Shown: one piece after another, positions 12,801 to 26,100 of the stretch | Layout: every line of letters starts with the position of its first letter | How positions within the stretch are numbered: position 1 is the stretch's first letter | Source of the DNA: Eledone cirrhosa | Lineage: Eukaryota | Assembly (NCBI GenBank): GCA_964016885.1 | Contig: OZ024744.1 | Span: 20,646,001-20,710,000, forward strand | Reading direction: 5' to 3' | Length of the DNA stretch: 64,000 bases | Made by a program: the position numbers and the translations under genes | The notes under the pieces: model-generated | Seen by the model: only the letters and a program-made list of their open reading frames with translations | The model's database searches: none | Told to the model about the DNA's origin: nothing

Positions 12801-15800
12801 AAGAACTGACTCGTTTTAACAACAGCTGAATCTTAAGATAAAACTCGTTTTAACAACAGTTGAATCTTAAGATAAAACTCGTTTTAACAACAGTTGAATC
12901 TTAAGAACTGACTCGTTTTAACGACAGCTGAATCTTAAGATAAAACTCGTTTTAACAACAGTTGAATCTTAAGAACAGACTCGTTTTAGCAACAGCTGAA
13001 TCTTAAGATAAAACTCGTTTTAACAACAGTTGAATCTTAAGAACTGACTCGTTTTAACAACAGCTGAATCTTAATATAAAACTCGTTTTAACGACAGCTG
13101 AATCTTAAGATAAAACTCGTTTTAACAACAGTTGGATCTTAAGAACTGACTCGTTTTAACAACAGTTGAATCTTACGATAAAACTCGTTTTAACAACAGT
13201 TGAATCTTAAGAACTAACTCATTTTAACAACAGTTGAATCTTAAGTTAAGACTCGTTTTAACAACAGTTGAATCTTAAGAACTGACTCGTTTTAACAACA
13301 GTTGAATCTTAAGACAAAACCCGTTTTAACAACAGTTGAATCTTAAGAACTGTCACGTTATAACAACAGTTGAATCTTAAGAACTGTCACGTTTTAACAA
13401 CAGTTGAATCTTAAGATAAACCTCGTTTTAACAACAGTTTAATCTTAAGAACTGACTCGTTTTAACAACAGTTGAATCTTAAAATAAAACTCGTGTTAAC
13501 AATAGTTGAATCTCAAGAACTGACTCGTTTTAGCAACAGTTGAATCTTAAGATAACACTCGTTTTCATAACAGTCGAATCTTAAGAACTGTCTCGTTTTA
13601 ACAACAGTTGAATTTTAAGATAAACCTCGTTTTGACAACACTTGAATCTTAAGAACTGACTCGTTTTAACAACAGTTAAATATTAATAACTGACTCGTTT
13701 TAACAACAGTTGAATGTTAAGATAAAACTCGTTTTAACAATAGTTGAATCTTAAGAACTGACTCGTTTTAACAACAGTTGAATCTTAAGATAAAACACGT
13801 TTTAACAACTGTTGAATCTTAAGAACTGACTCGTTTTAACAACAGCTGAATCTTAAGATAAAACTCGTTTTAACAACAGTTGAATCTTAAGAACTGACTC
13901 GTTTTAACAACAGTTGAATCTTCAAATAAAACTCGTTTTAACAACAGTTGAATCTTAAGAACTGACTCGTTTTAACAACAGTTGAATGTTAAGATAAAAC
14001 TCGTTTTAACAATAGTGGAATCTTAAGAACTGACTCGTTTTAACAACAGTTGAATCTTAAGATAAAACTCGTTTTAACAACAGTTCAATCTTAAGAACTG
14101 ACTCGTTTTAACAACAGCTGAATCTTAAGATAAAACTCGTTTTAACAACAGTTCAAACTTAAGAAATGACTCGTTTTAACAAAAGTTGAATCTTAAGATA
14201 AAACTCGTTTTAACAACAGTTGAATCTTATGAGCTAACTCATTTTAACAACAGTTGAATCTTAAGTTAAGACTCGTTTTAACAACAGTTGAATCTTAAGA
14301 ACTGACTCGTTTTAACGACAGCTGAATCTTAAGATAAAACTTGATTTACCAACAGTTGAATCTTAAAGATAAAACTCGCTTTAACAACAGTTGAATCTTA
14401 AGAACTGACTCGTTTTAACAACAGTTGAATCTTAAGACAAAACCCGTTTTAACAACAGTTGAATCTTAAGAACTGTCTCGTTTTAACAACAGTTGAATCT
14501 TAAGATAAACCTCGTTTTAACAACAGTTTAATCTTAAGAACTGACTCGTTTTAACAACAGTTGAATCTTAAGACAAAACTCGTTTTAACAACAGTTGAAT
14601 CTTAAGAACTGACTTGTTCTAACAACAGTTCAGCCTTAAGAACTGACTCGTTTTAAAACAGTTGAATCGTTAGAACTGACTCGTTTTAACAACAGTTGAA
14701 TCTTAAAATAAAACTCGTTTTAACAATAGTTGAATCTCAAGAACTGACTCGTTTTAGCAACAGTTGAATCTTAAGATAACACTAATTTTCATAACAGTTG
14801 AATCTTAAGAACTGTCTCGTTTTAACAACAGTTAAATCTTAATAACAGACTCGTTTTAACAACAGTTGAATCTTAAGATAAAACTCGTTTTAACAACTGT
14901 TGAATCTTAAGAACTGACTCGTTTTAACAACAGCTGAATCTTAAGATAACACTCGTTTTAACAACAGTTGAATCTTAAGAACTGACTCGTTTTAACAACA
15001 GTTGAATCTTAAGATAAAACCCGTTTTAACAACTGTTGAATCTTAAGAACTGACTCGTTTTAACAACAGCTGAATCTTAAGATAAAACTCGTGTTAACAA
15101 CAGTTGAATCTTAAGAACTGACTCGTTTTAACAACAGTTGAATCTTCAAATAAAACTCGTTTTAACAACAGTTGAATCTTAAGAACTGACTCGTTTTAAC
15201 AACAGTTGAATGTTAAGATAAAACTCGTTTTAACAATAGTTGAAACTTAAGAACTGACTCGTTTTAACAACAGTTGAATCTTAAGATAAAACTCGTTTTA
15301 ACAACAGTTGAATCTTAAGAACTGACTCGTTTTAACTACAGCTGAATCTTATGAACTGACTCATTTTAACAACAGTTAAATCTTAAGATAACATTCGTTT
15401 TAACAACAGTTGAATCTTAAGAACTGACTCGTTTTAACAACATTTGAATCTTAAAGATAAAACTCGTTTCAACAACAGTTGAATCTTAAGAACTGACTCG
15501 TTTTAACAACAGCTGAATCTTAAGATAAAACTCGTTTTAACAACAGTTGAATCTTAAGATAAAACTCGTTTTAACAACAGTTGAATCTTAAGAACTGACT
15601 CGTTTTAACGACAGCTGAATCTTAAGATAAAACTCGTTTTAACAACAGTTGAATCTTAAGAACAGACTCGTTTTAGCAACAGCTGAATCTTAAGATAAAA
15701 CTCGTTTTAACAACAGTTGAATCTTAAGAACTGACTCGTTTTAACAACAGCTGAATCTTAATATAAAACTCGTTTTAACGACAGCTGAATCTTAAGATAA

Positions 15801-16880
15801 AACTCGTTTTAACAACAGTTGGATCTTAAGAACTGACTCGTTTTAACAACAGTTGAATCTTACGATAAAACTCGTTTTAACAACAGTTGAATCTTAAGAA
15901 CTAACTCATTTTAACAACAGTTGAATCTTAAGTTAAGACTCGTTTTAACAACAGTTGAATCTTAAGAACTGACTCGTTTTAACAACAGTTGAATCTTAAG
16001 ACAAAACCCGTTTTAACAACAGTTGAATCTTAAGAACTGTCACGTTATAACAACAGTTGAATCTTAAGAACTGTCACGTTTTAACAACAGTTGAATCTTA
16101 AGATAAACCTCGTTTTAACAACAGTTTAATCTTAAGAACTGACTCGTTTTAACAACAGTTGAATCTTAAAATAAAACTCGTGTTAACAATAGTTGAATCT
16201 CAAGAACTGACTCGTTTTAGCAACAGTTGAATCTTAAGATAACACTCGTTTTCATAACAGTCGAATCTTAAGAACTGTCTCGTTTTAACAACAGTTGAAT
16301 TTTAAGATAAACCTCGTTTTGACAACACTTGAATCTTAAGAACTGACTCGTTTTAACAACAGTTAAATATTAATAACTGACTCGTTTTAACAACAGTTGA
16401 ATGTTAAGATAAAACTCGTTTTAACAATAGTTGAATCTTAAGAACTGACTCGTTTTAACAACAGTTGAATCTTAAGATAAAACTCGTTTTAACAACTGTT
16501 GAATCTTAAGAACTGACTCGTTTTAACAACAGCTGAATCTTAAGATAAAACTCGTTTTAACAACAGTTGAATCTTAAGAACTGACTCGTTTTAACAACAG
16601 TTGAATCTTCAAATAAAACTCGTTTTAACAACAGTTGAATCTTAAGAACTGACTCGTTTTAACAACAGTTGAATGTTAAGATAAAACTCGTTTTAACAAT
16701 AGTGGAATCTTAAGAACTGACTCGTTTTAACAACAGTTGAATCTTAAGATAAAACTCGTTTTAACAACAGTTCAATCTTAAGAACTGACTCGTTTTAACA
16801 ACAGCTGAATCTTAAGATAAAACTCGTTTTAACAACAGTTCAAACTTAAGAAATGACTCGTTTTAACAAAAGTTGAATCT
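9900..16880. repeat. 126-monomer (4,286 bp) duplication whose second copy lacks about 47 monomers
   Basis: CAGCC marker at 10345/14631 (offset 4,286). CATTTGAA at 12754/15441 and CAGTCGAATC at 13571/16258 (offset 2,687). The difference is 1,599 bp = 47x34+1. Confidence 0.8.
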
Positions 16881-19820
16881 TATGAACTCACTCATTTTAA
16901 CAACAGTTGAATCTTAAGATAACATTCGTTTTAACAACAGTTGAATCTTAAGAACTGATTCGTTTTAACAACAGTTGAATCTTAAGATAAAACTCGTTTT
17001 AACAACACTTGAATCTTAAGAACGGACTCGTTTTAACAACACCTGAATCTTAAGATAAAACTCGTCTTAACAACAGTTGAATCTTAAGAACTGACTCGTT
17101 TTAACAACAGTTGAATCTTATGAACTGACTCATTTTAACAACAGTTGAATCTTAAGATAACATTCGTTTTAACAACAGTTGAATCTTAAGAACTGACTCG
17201 TTTTAACAACAGTTGAATCTTAAAGATAAAACTCGTTTCGACAACAGTTGAATCTTAAGAACTGACTCGTTTTAACAACAGCTGAATCTTAAGATAAAAC
17301 TCGTTTTAACAACAGTTGAATCTTAAGATAAAACTCGTTTTAACAACAGTTGAATCTTAAGAACTGACTCGTTTTAACAACAGCTGAATCTTAAGATAAA
17401 ACTTGTTTTAACAACAGTTCAAACTTAAGAAATGACTCGTTTTAACAACAGTTGAATCTTATGAACTGACTCATTTTAACAACAGTTGAATCTTAAGAAC
17501 TGATTCGTTTTAACAACAGCTGAATCTTAAGATAGAACTCGTTTTAACAACAGTTGAATCTTAAGAACTGACTCGTTTTAACAACAGCTGAATCTTAAGA
17601 TAAAACTCGTTTTAACAACAGTTGAATCTTAAGAACTGACTCGTTTTAACAACAGCTGAATCTTAAGATAAAACTCGTTTTAACAACAGTTGAATCTTAA
17701 GATAAAACTCGTTTTAACAACAGTTGAATCTTAAGTACTGACTCGTTTTAACAACAGTTGAATCTTAAGATAAAACTCGTTTTAACAACAGTTGAATCTT
17801 ATGAGCTAACTCATTTTAACAACAGTTGAATCTTAAGTTAAGACTCGTTTTAACAACAGTTGTATCTTAAGAACTGACTCGTTTTAACGACAGCTGAATC
17901 TTAAGATAAAACTTGTTTTAACAACAGTTGAATCTTAAAGATAAAACTCGCTTTAACAACAGTTGAATCTTAAGAACTGACTCGTTTTAACAACAGTTGA
18001 ATCTTAAGACAAAACCCGTTTTAACAACAGTTGAATCTTAAGAACTGTCTCGTTTTAACAACAGTTGAATCTTAAGATAAACCTCGTTTTAACAACAGTT
18101 TAATCTTAAGAACTGACTCGTTTTAACAACAGTTGAATCTTAAGACAAAACTCGTTTTAACAACAGTTGAATCTTAAGAACTGACTTGTTCTAACAACAG
18201 TTCAGCCTTAAGAACTGACTCGTTTTAAAACAGTTGAATCGTTAGAACTGACTCGTTTTAACAACAGTTGAATCTTAAAATAAAACTCGTTTTAACAACA
18301 GTTCAATCTTAAGAACTGACTCGTTTTAACAACAGCTGAATCTTAAGATAAAACTCGTTTTAACAACAGTTCAAACTTAAGAAATGACTCGTTTTAACAA
18401 AAGTTGAATCTTATGAACTCACTCATTTTAACAACAGTTGAATCTTAAGATAACATTCGTTTTAACAACAGTTGAATCTTAAGAACTGATTCGTTTTAAC
18501 AACAGTTGAATCTTAAGATAAAACTCGTTTTAACAACACTTGAATCTTAAGAACGGACTCGTTTTAACAACACCTGAATCTTAAGATAAAACTCGTCTTA
18601 ACAACAGTTGAATCTTAAGAACTGACTCGTTTTAACAACAGTTGAATCTTATGAACTGACTCATTTTAACAACAGTTGAATCTTAAGATAACATTCGTTT
18701 TAACAACAGTTGAATCTTAAGAACTGACTCGTTTTAACAACAGTTGAATCTTAAAGATAAAACTCGTTTCGACAACAGTTGAATCTTAAGAACTGACTCG
18801 TTTTAACAACAGCTGAATCTTAAGATAAAACTCGTTTTAACAACAGTTGAATCTTAAGATAAAACTCGTTTTAACAACAGTTGAATCTTAAGAACTGACT
18901 CGTTTTAACAACAGCTGAATCTTAAGATAAAACTTGTTTTAACAACAGTTCAAACTTAAGAAATGACTCGTTTTAACAACAGTTGAATCTTATGATCTGA
19001 CTCATTTTAACAACAGTTGAATCTTAAGAACAGATTCGTTTTAACAACAGCTGAATCTTAAGATAGAACTCGTTTTAACAACAGTTGAATCTTAAGAACT
19101 GACTCGTTTTAACAACAGCTGAATCTTAAGATAAAACTCGTTTTAACAACAGTTGAATCTTAAGAACTGACTCGTTTTAACAACAGATGAATCTTAAGAT
19201 AAAACTCGTTTTAACAACAGTTGAATCTTAAGATAAAACTCGTTTTAACAACAGTTGAATCTTAAGTACTGACTCGTTTTAACAACAGTTGAATCTTAAG
19301 ATAAAACTCGTTTTAACAACAGTTGAATCTTATGAGCTAACTCATTTTAACAACAGTTGAATCTTAAGTTAAGACTCGTTTTAACAACAGTTGTATCTTA
19401 AGAACTGACTCGTTTTAACGACAGCTGAATCTTAAGATAAAACTTGTTTTAACAACAGTTGAATCTTAAAGATAAAACTCGCTTTAACAACAGTTGAATC
19501 TTAAGAACTGACTCGTTTTAACAACAGTTGAATCTTAAGACAAAACCCGTTTTAACAACAGTTGAATCTTAAGAACTGTCTCGTTTTAACAACAGTTGAA
19601 TCTTAAGATAAACCTCGTTTTAACAACAGTTTAATCTTAAGAACTGACTCGTTTTAACAACAGTTGAATCTTAAGACAAAACTCGTTTTAACAACAGTTG
19701 AATCTTAAGAACTGACTTGTTCTAACAACAGTTCAGCCTTAAGAACTGACTCGTTTTAAAACAGTTGAATCGTTAGAACTGACTCGTTTTAACAACAGTT
19801 GAATCTTAAAATAAAACTCG
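16760..19820. repeat. Tandem duplication of a 45-monomer (1,531 bp) unit
   Basis: AACAACACTTGAA at 17001/18532 and CAGCC at 18203/19734. Offset 1,531 = 45x34+1. Confidence 0.88.
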
Positions 19821-20114
19821 TTTTAACAATAGTTGAATCTCAAGAACTGACTCGTTTTAGCAACAGTTGAATCTTAAGATAACACTCGTTTTCATAACAG
19901 TTGAATCTTAAGAACTGACTCGTTTTAACAACAGTTAAATCTTAATAACTGACTCGTTTTAACAACAGTTGAATCTTAAGATAAAACTCGTTTTAACAAC
20001 TGTTGAATCTTAAGAACTGACTCGTTTTAACAACAGCTGAATCTTAAGATAAAACTCGTTTTAACAACAGTTGAATCTTCAGAACTGACTCGTTTTAACA
20101 ACAGTTGAATCTTA

Positions 20115-23100
20115 AGATAAAACCCGTTTTAACAACTGTTGAATCTTAAGAACTGACTCGTTTTAACAACAGCTGAATCTTAAGATAAAACTCGTTTTAA
20201 CAACAGTTGAATCTTAAGAACTGACTCGTTTTAACAACAGTTGAATCTTCAAATAAAACTCGTTTTAACAACAGTTGAATCTTAAGAACTGACTCGTTTT
20301 AACAACAGTTGAATGTTAAGATAAAACTCGTTTTAACAATAGTTGAAACTTAAGAACTGACTCGTTTTAACAACAGTTGAATCTTAAGATAAAACTCGTT
20401 TTAACAACAGTTGAATCTTAAGAACTGACTCGTTTTAACAACAGCTGAATCTTAAGATAAAACTCGTTTTAACAACAGTTGAATCTTAAGAACGGACTCG
20501 TTTTAACAACAGCTGAATCTTAAGATAAAACTCGTTTTAACGACAGTTGAATCTTAAGAACTGATTCGTTTTAACAACAGTTCAAACTTAAGAACTGACT
20601 TGTTTTATCAACAGTTGAATCTTATGAACTGACTCATTTTAACAACAGTTGAATCTTAAGATAACATTCGTTTTAACAACAGTTGAATCTTAAGAACTGA
20701 CTCGTTTTAACAACAGTTGAATCTTAAAGATAAACTCGTTTCAACAACAGTTGAATCTTAAGAACTGACTCGTTTTAACATCAGCTGAATCTTAAGATAA
20801 AACTCGTTTTAACAACAGTTGAATCTTAAGATAAAACTCGTTTTAACAACAGTTGAATCTCAAGAACTGACTCGTTTTAACGACAGCTGAATCTTTAGAT
20901 AAAACTCGTTTTAACAACAGTTCAAACTTAAGAGATGACTCGTTTTAACGACAGCTGAATCTTAAGATAAAACTTGATTTACCAACAGTTGAATCTTAAA
21001 GATAAAACTCGCTTTAACAACAGTTGAATCTTAAGAACTGACTCGTTTTAACAACAGTTGAATCTTAAGACAAAACCCGTTTTAACAACAGTTGAATCTT
21101 AAGAACTGTCTCGTTTTAACAACAGTTGAATCTTAAGATAAACCTCGTTTTAACAACAGTTTAATCTTAAGAACTGACTCGTTTTAACAACAGTTGAATC
21201 TTAAGACAAAACTCGTTTTAACAACAGTTGAATCTTAAGAACTGACTTGTTCTAACAACAGTTCAGCCTTAAGAACTGACTCGTTTTAAAACAGTTGAAT
21301 CGTTAGAACTGACTCGTTTTAACAACAGTTGAATCTTAAAATAAAACTCGTTTTAACAATAGTTGAATCTCAAGAACTGACTCCTTTTAGCAACAGTTGA
21401 ATCTTAAGATAACACTCGTTTTCATAACAGTTGAATCTTAAGAACTGTCTCGTTTTAACAACAGTTGAATCTTAAGATAAACCTCGTTTTAACAACAGTT
21501 GAATCTTAAGAACTGACTCGTTTTAACAACAGTTAAATCTTAATAACAGACTCGTTTTAACAACAGTTGAATCTTAAGATAAAACTCGTTTTAACAACTG
21601 TTGAATCTTAAGAACTGACTCGTTTTAACAACAGCTGAATCTTAAGATAACACTCGTTTTAACAACAGTTGAATCTTAAGAACTGACTCGTTTTAACAAC
21701 AGTTGAATCTTAAGATAAAACCCGTTTTAACAACTGTTGAATCTTAAGAACTGACTCGTTTTAACAACAGCTGAATCTTAAGATAAAACTCGTGTTAACA
21801 ACAGTTGAATCTTAAGAACTGACTCGTTTTAACAACAGTTGAATCTTCAAATAAAACTCGTTTTAACAACAGTTGAATCTTAAGAACTGACTCGTTTTAA
21901 CAACAGTTGAATGTTAAGATAAAACTCGTTTTAACAATAGTTGAAACTTAAGAACTGACTCGTTTTAACAACAGTTGAATCTTAAGATAAAACTCGTTTT
22001 AACAACAGTTGAATCTTAAGAACTGACTCGTTTTAACTACAGCTGAATCTTAAGATAAAACTCGTTTTAACAACAGTTGAATCTTAAGAACGGACTCGTT
22101 TTAACAACAGCTGAATCTTAAGATAAAACTCGTTTTAACGACAGTTGAATCTTAAGAACTGATTCGTTTTAACAACAGTTCAAACTTAAGAACTGACTCG
22201 TTTTATCAACAGTTGAATCTTATGAACTGACTCATTTTAACAACAGTTGAATCTTAAGATAACATTCGTTTTAACAACAGTTGAATCTTAAGAACTGACT
22301 CGTTTTAACAACAGTTGAATCTTAAAGATAAAACTCGTTTCAACAACAGTTGAATCTTAAGAACTAACTCGTTTTAACAACAGCTGAATCTTAAGATAAA
22401 ACTCGTTTCAACAACAGTTGAATCTTAAGATAAAACTCGTTTTAACAGCAGTTGAATCTTAAGAACTGACTCGTTTTAACGACAGCTGAATCTTAAGATA
22501 AAAATCGTTTTAACAACAGTTGAATCTTAAGAACAGACTCGTTTTAGCAACAGCTGAATCTTAAGATAAAACTCGTTTTAACAACAGTTGAATCTTAAGA
22601 ACTGACTCGTTTTAACAACAGCTGAATCTTAATATAAAACTCGTTTTAACGACAGCTGAATCTTAAGATAAAACTCGTTTTAACAACAGTTGGATCTTAA
22701 GAACTGACTCGTTTTAACAACAGTTGAATCTTACGATAAAACTCGTTTTAACAACAGTTGAATCTTATGAACTAACTCATTTTAACAACAGTTGAATCTT
22801 AAGTTAAGACTCGTTTTAACAACAGTTGAATCTTAAGAACTGACTCGTTTTAACAACAGTTGAATCTTAAGACAAAACCCGTTTTAACAACAGTTGAATC
22901 TTAAGAACTGTCACGTTTTAACAACAGTTGAATCTTAAGATAAACCTCGTTTTAACAACAGTTTAATCTTAAGAACTGACTCGTTTTAACAACAGTTGAA
23001 TCTTAAGACAAAACTCGTTTTAACAACAGTTGAATCTTGAGAACTGACTCGTTTTAACAACAGCTGAATCTTAACATAACACTCGTTTTAACAACAGTTG

Positions 23101-26100
23101 AATCTTAAGAACTGACTCGTTTTAACAACAGTTGAATCTTAAGATAAAACCCGCTTTAACAACTGTTGAATCTTAAGAACTGACTCGTTTTAACAACAGC
23201 TGAATCTTAAGATAAAACTCGTTTTAACAACAGTTGAATCTTAAGAACTGACTCGTTTTAACAACAGTTGAATCTTCAAATAAAACTCGTTTTAACAACA
23301 GTTGAATCTTAAGAACTGACTCGTTTTAACAACAGTTGAATGTTAAGATAAAACTCGTTTTAACAATAGTTGAAACTTAAGAACTGACTCGTTTTAACAA
23401 CAGTTGAATCTTAAGATAAAACTCGTTTTAACAACAGTTGAATCTTAAGAACGGACTCGTTTTAACAACAGCTGAATCTTAAGATAAAACTCGTTTTAAC
23501 GACAGTTGAATCTTAAGAACTGATTCGTTTTAACAACAGTTCAAACTTAAGAACTGACTCGTTTTATCAACAGTTGAATCTTATGAACTGACTCATTTTA
23601 ACAACAGTTAAATCTTAAGATAACTTTCGTTTTAACAACAGTTGAATCTTAAGAACTGACTCGTTTTAACAACAGTTGAATCTTAAAGATAAAACTCGTT
23701 TCAACAACAGTTGAATCTTAAGAACTGACTCGTTTTAACAACAGCTGAATCTTAAGATAAAACTCGTTTTAACAACAGTTGAATCTTAAGATAAAACTCG
23801 TTTTAACAACAGTTGAATCTTAAGAACTGACTCGTTTTAACGACAGCTGAATCTTAAGATAAAACTGGTTTTAACAACAGTTGAATCTTAAGAACAGACT
23901 CGTTTTAGCAACAGCTGAATCTTAAGATAAAACTCGTTTTAACAACAGTTGAATCTTAAGAACTGACTCGTTTTAACAACAGCTGAATCTCAATATAAAA
24001 CTCGTTTTAACGACAGCTGAATCTTAAGATAAAACTCGTTTTAACAACAGTTGGATCTTAAGAACTGACTCGTTTTAACAACAGTTGAATCTTACGATAA
24101 AACTCGTTTTAACAACAGTTGAATCTTAAGAACTAACTCATTTTAACAACAGTTGAATCTTAAGTTAAGACTCGTTTTAACAACAGTTGAATCTTAAGAA
24201 CTGACTCGTTTTAACAACAGTTGAATCTTAAGACAAAACCCGTTTTAACAACAGTTGAATCTTAAGAACTGTCACGTTATAACAACAGTTGAATCTTAAG
24301 AACTGTCACGTTTTAACAACAGTTGAATCTTAAGATAAACCTCGTTTTAACAACAGTTTAATCTTAAGAACTGACTCGTTTTAACAACAGTTGAATCTTA
24401 AGACAAAACTCGTTTTAACAACAGTTGAATCTTAAGAACTGACTTGTTCTAACAACAGTTCAGCCTTAAGAACTGACTCGTTTTAAAACAGTTGAATCGT
24501 TAGAACTGACTCGTTTTAACAACAGTTGAATCTTAAAATAAAACTCGTGTTAACAATAGTTGAATCTCAAGAACTGACTCGTTTTAGCAACAGTTGAATC
24601 TTAAGATAACACTCGTTTTCATAACAGTTGAATCTTAAGAACTGACTCGTTTTAACAACAGTTAAATATTAATAACTGACTCGTTTTAACAACAGTTGAA
24701 TGTTAAGATAAAACTCGTTTTAACAATAGTTGAATCTTAAGAACTGACTCGTTTTAACAACAGTTGAATCTTAAGATAAAACTCGTTTTAACAACTGTTG
24801 AATCTTAAGAACTGACTCGTTTTAACAACAGCTGAATCTTAAGATAAAACTCGTTTTAACAACAGTTGAATCTTAAGAACTGACTCGTTTTAACAACAGT
24901 TGAATCTTCAAATAAAACTCGTTTTAACAACAGTTGAATCTTAAGAACTGACTCGTTTTAACAACAGTTGAATGTTAAGATAAAACTCGTTTTAACAATA
25001 GTGGAATCTTAAGAACTGACTCGTTTTAACAACAGTTGAATCTTAAGATAAAACTCGTTTTAACAACAGTTCAATCTTAAGAACTGACTCGTTTTAACAA
25101 CAGCTGAATCTTAAGATAAAACTCGTTTTAACAACAGTTCAAACTTAAGAAATGACTCGTTTTAACAAAAGTTGAATCTTATGAACTCACTCATTTTAAC
25201 AACAGTTGAATCTTAAGATAACATTCGTTTTAACAACAGTTGAATCTTAAAATAAAACTCGTGTTAACAATAGTTGAATCTCAAGAACTGACTCGTTTTA
25301 GCAACAGTTGAATCTTAAGATAACACTCGTTTTCATAACAGTTGAATCTTAAGAACTGACTCGTTTTAACAACAGTTAAATATTAATAACTGACTCGTTT
25401 TAACAACAGTTGAATGTTAAGATAAAACTCGTTTTAACAATAGTTGAATCTTAAGAACTGACTCGTTTTAACAACAGTTGAATCTTAAGATAAAACTCGT
25501 TTTAACAACTGTTGAATCTTAAGAACTGACTCGTTTTAACAACAGCTGAATCTTAAGATAAAACTCGTTTTAACAACAGTTGAATCTTAAGAACTGACTC
25601 GTTTTAACAACAGTTGAATCTTCAAATAAAACTCGTTTTAACAACAGTTGAATCTTAAGAACTGACTCGTTTTAACAACAGTTGAATGTTAAGATAAAAC
25701 TCGTTTTAACAATAGTGGAATCTTAAGAACTGACTCGTTTTAACAACAGTTGAATCTTAAGATAAAACTCGTTTTAACAACAGTTCAATCTTAAGAACTG
25801 ACTCGTTTTAACAACAGCTGAATCTTAAGATAAAACTAGTTTTAACAACAGTTCAAACTTAAGAAATGACTCGTTTTAACAAAAGTTGAATCTTATGAAC
25901 TCACTCATTTTAACAACAGTTGAATCTTAAGATAACATTCGTTTTAACAACAGTTGAATCTTAAGAACTGATTCGTTTTAACAACAGTTGAATCTTAAGA
26001 TAAAACTCGTTTTAACAACACTTGAATCTTAAGAACGGACTCGTTTTAACAACACCTGAATCTTAAGATAAAACTCGTCTTAACAACAGTTGAATCTTAA

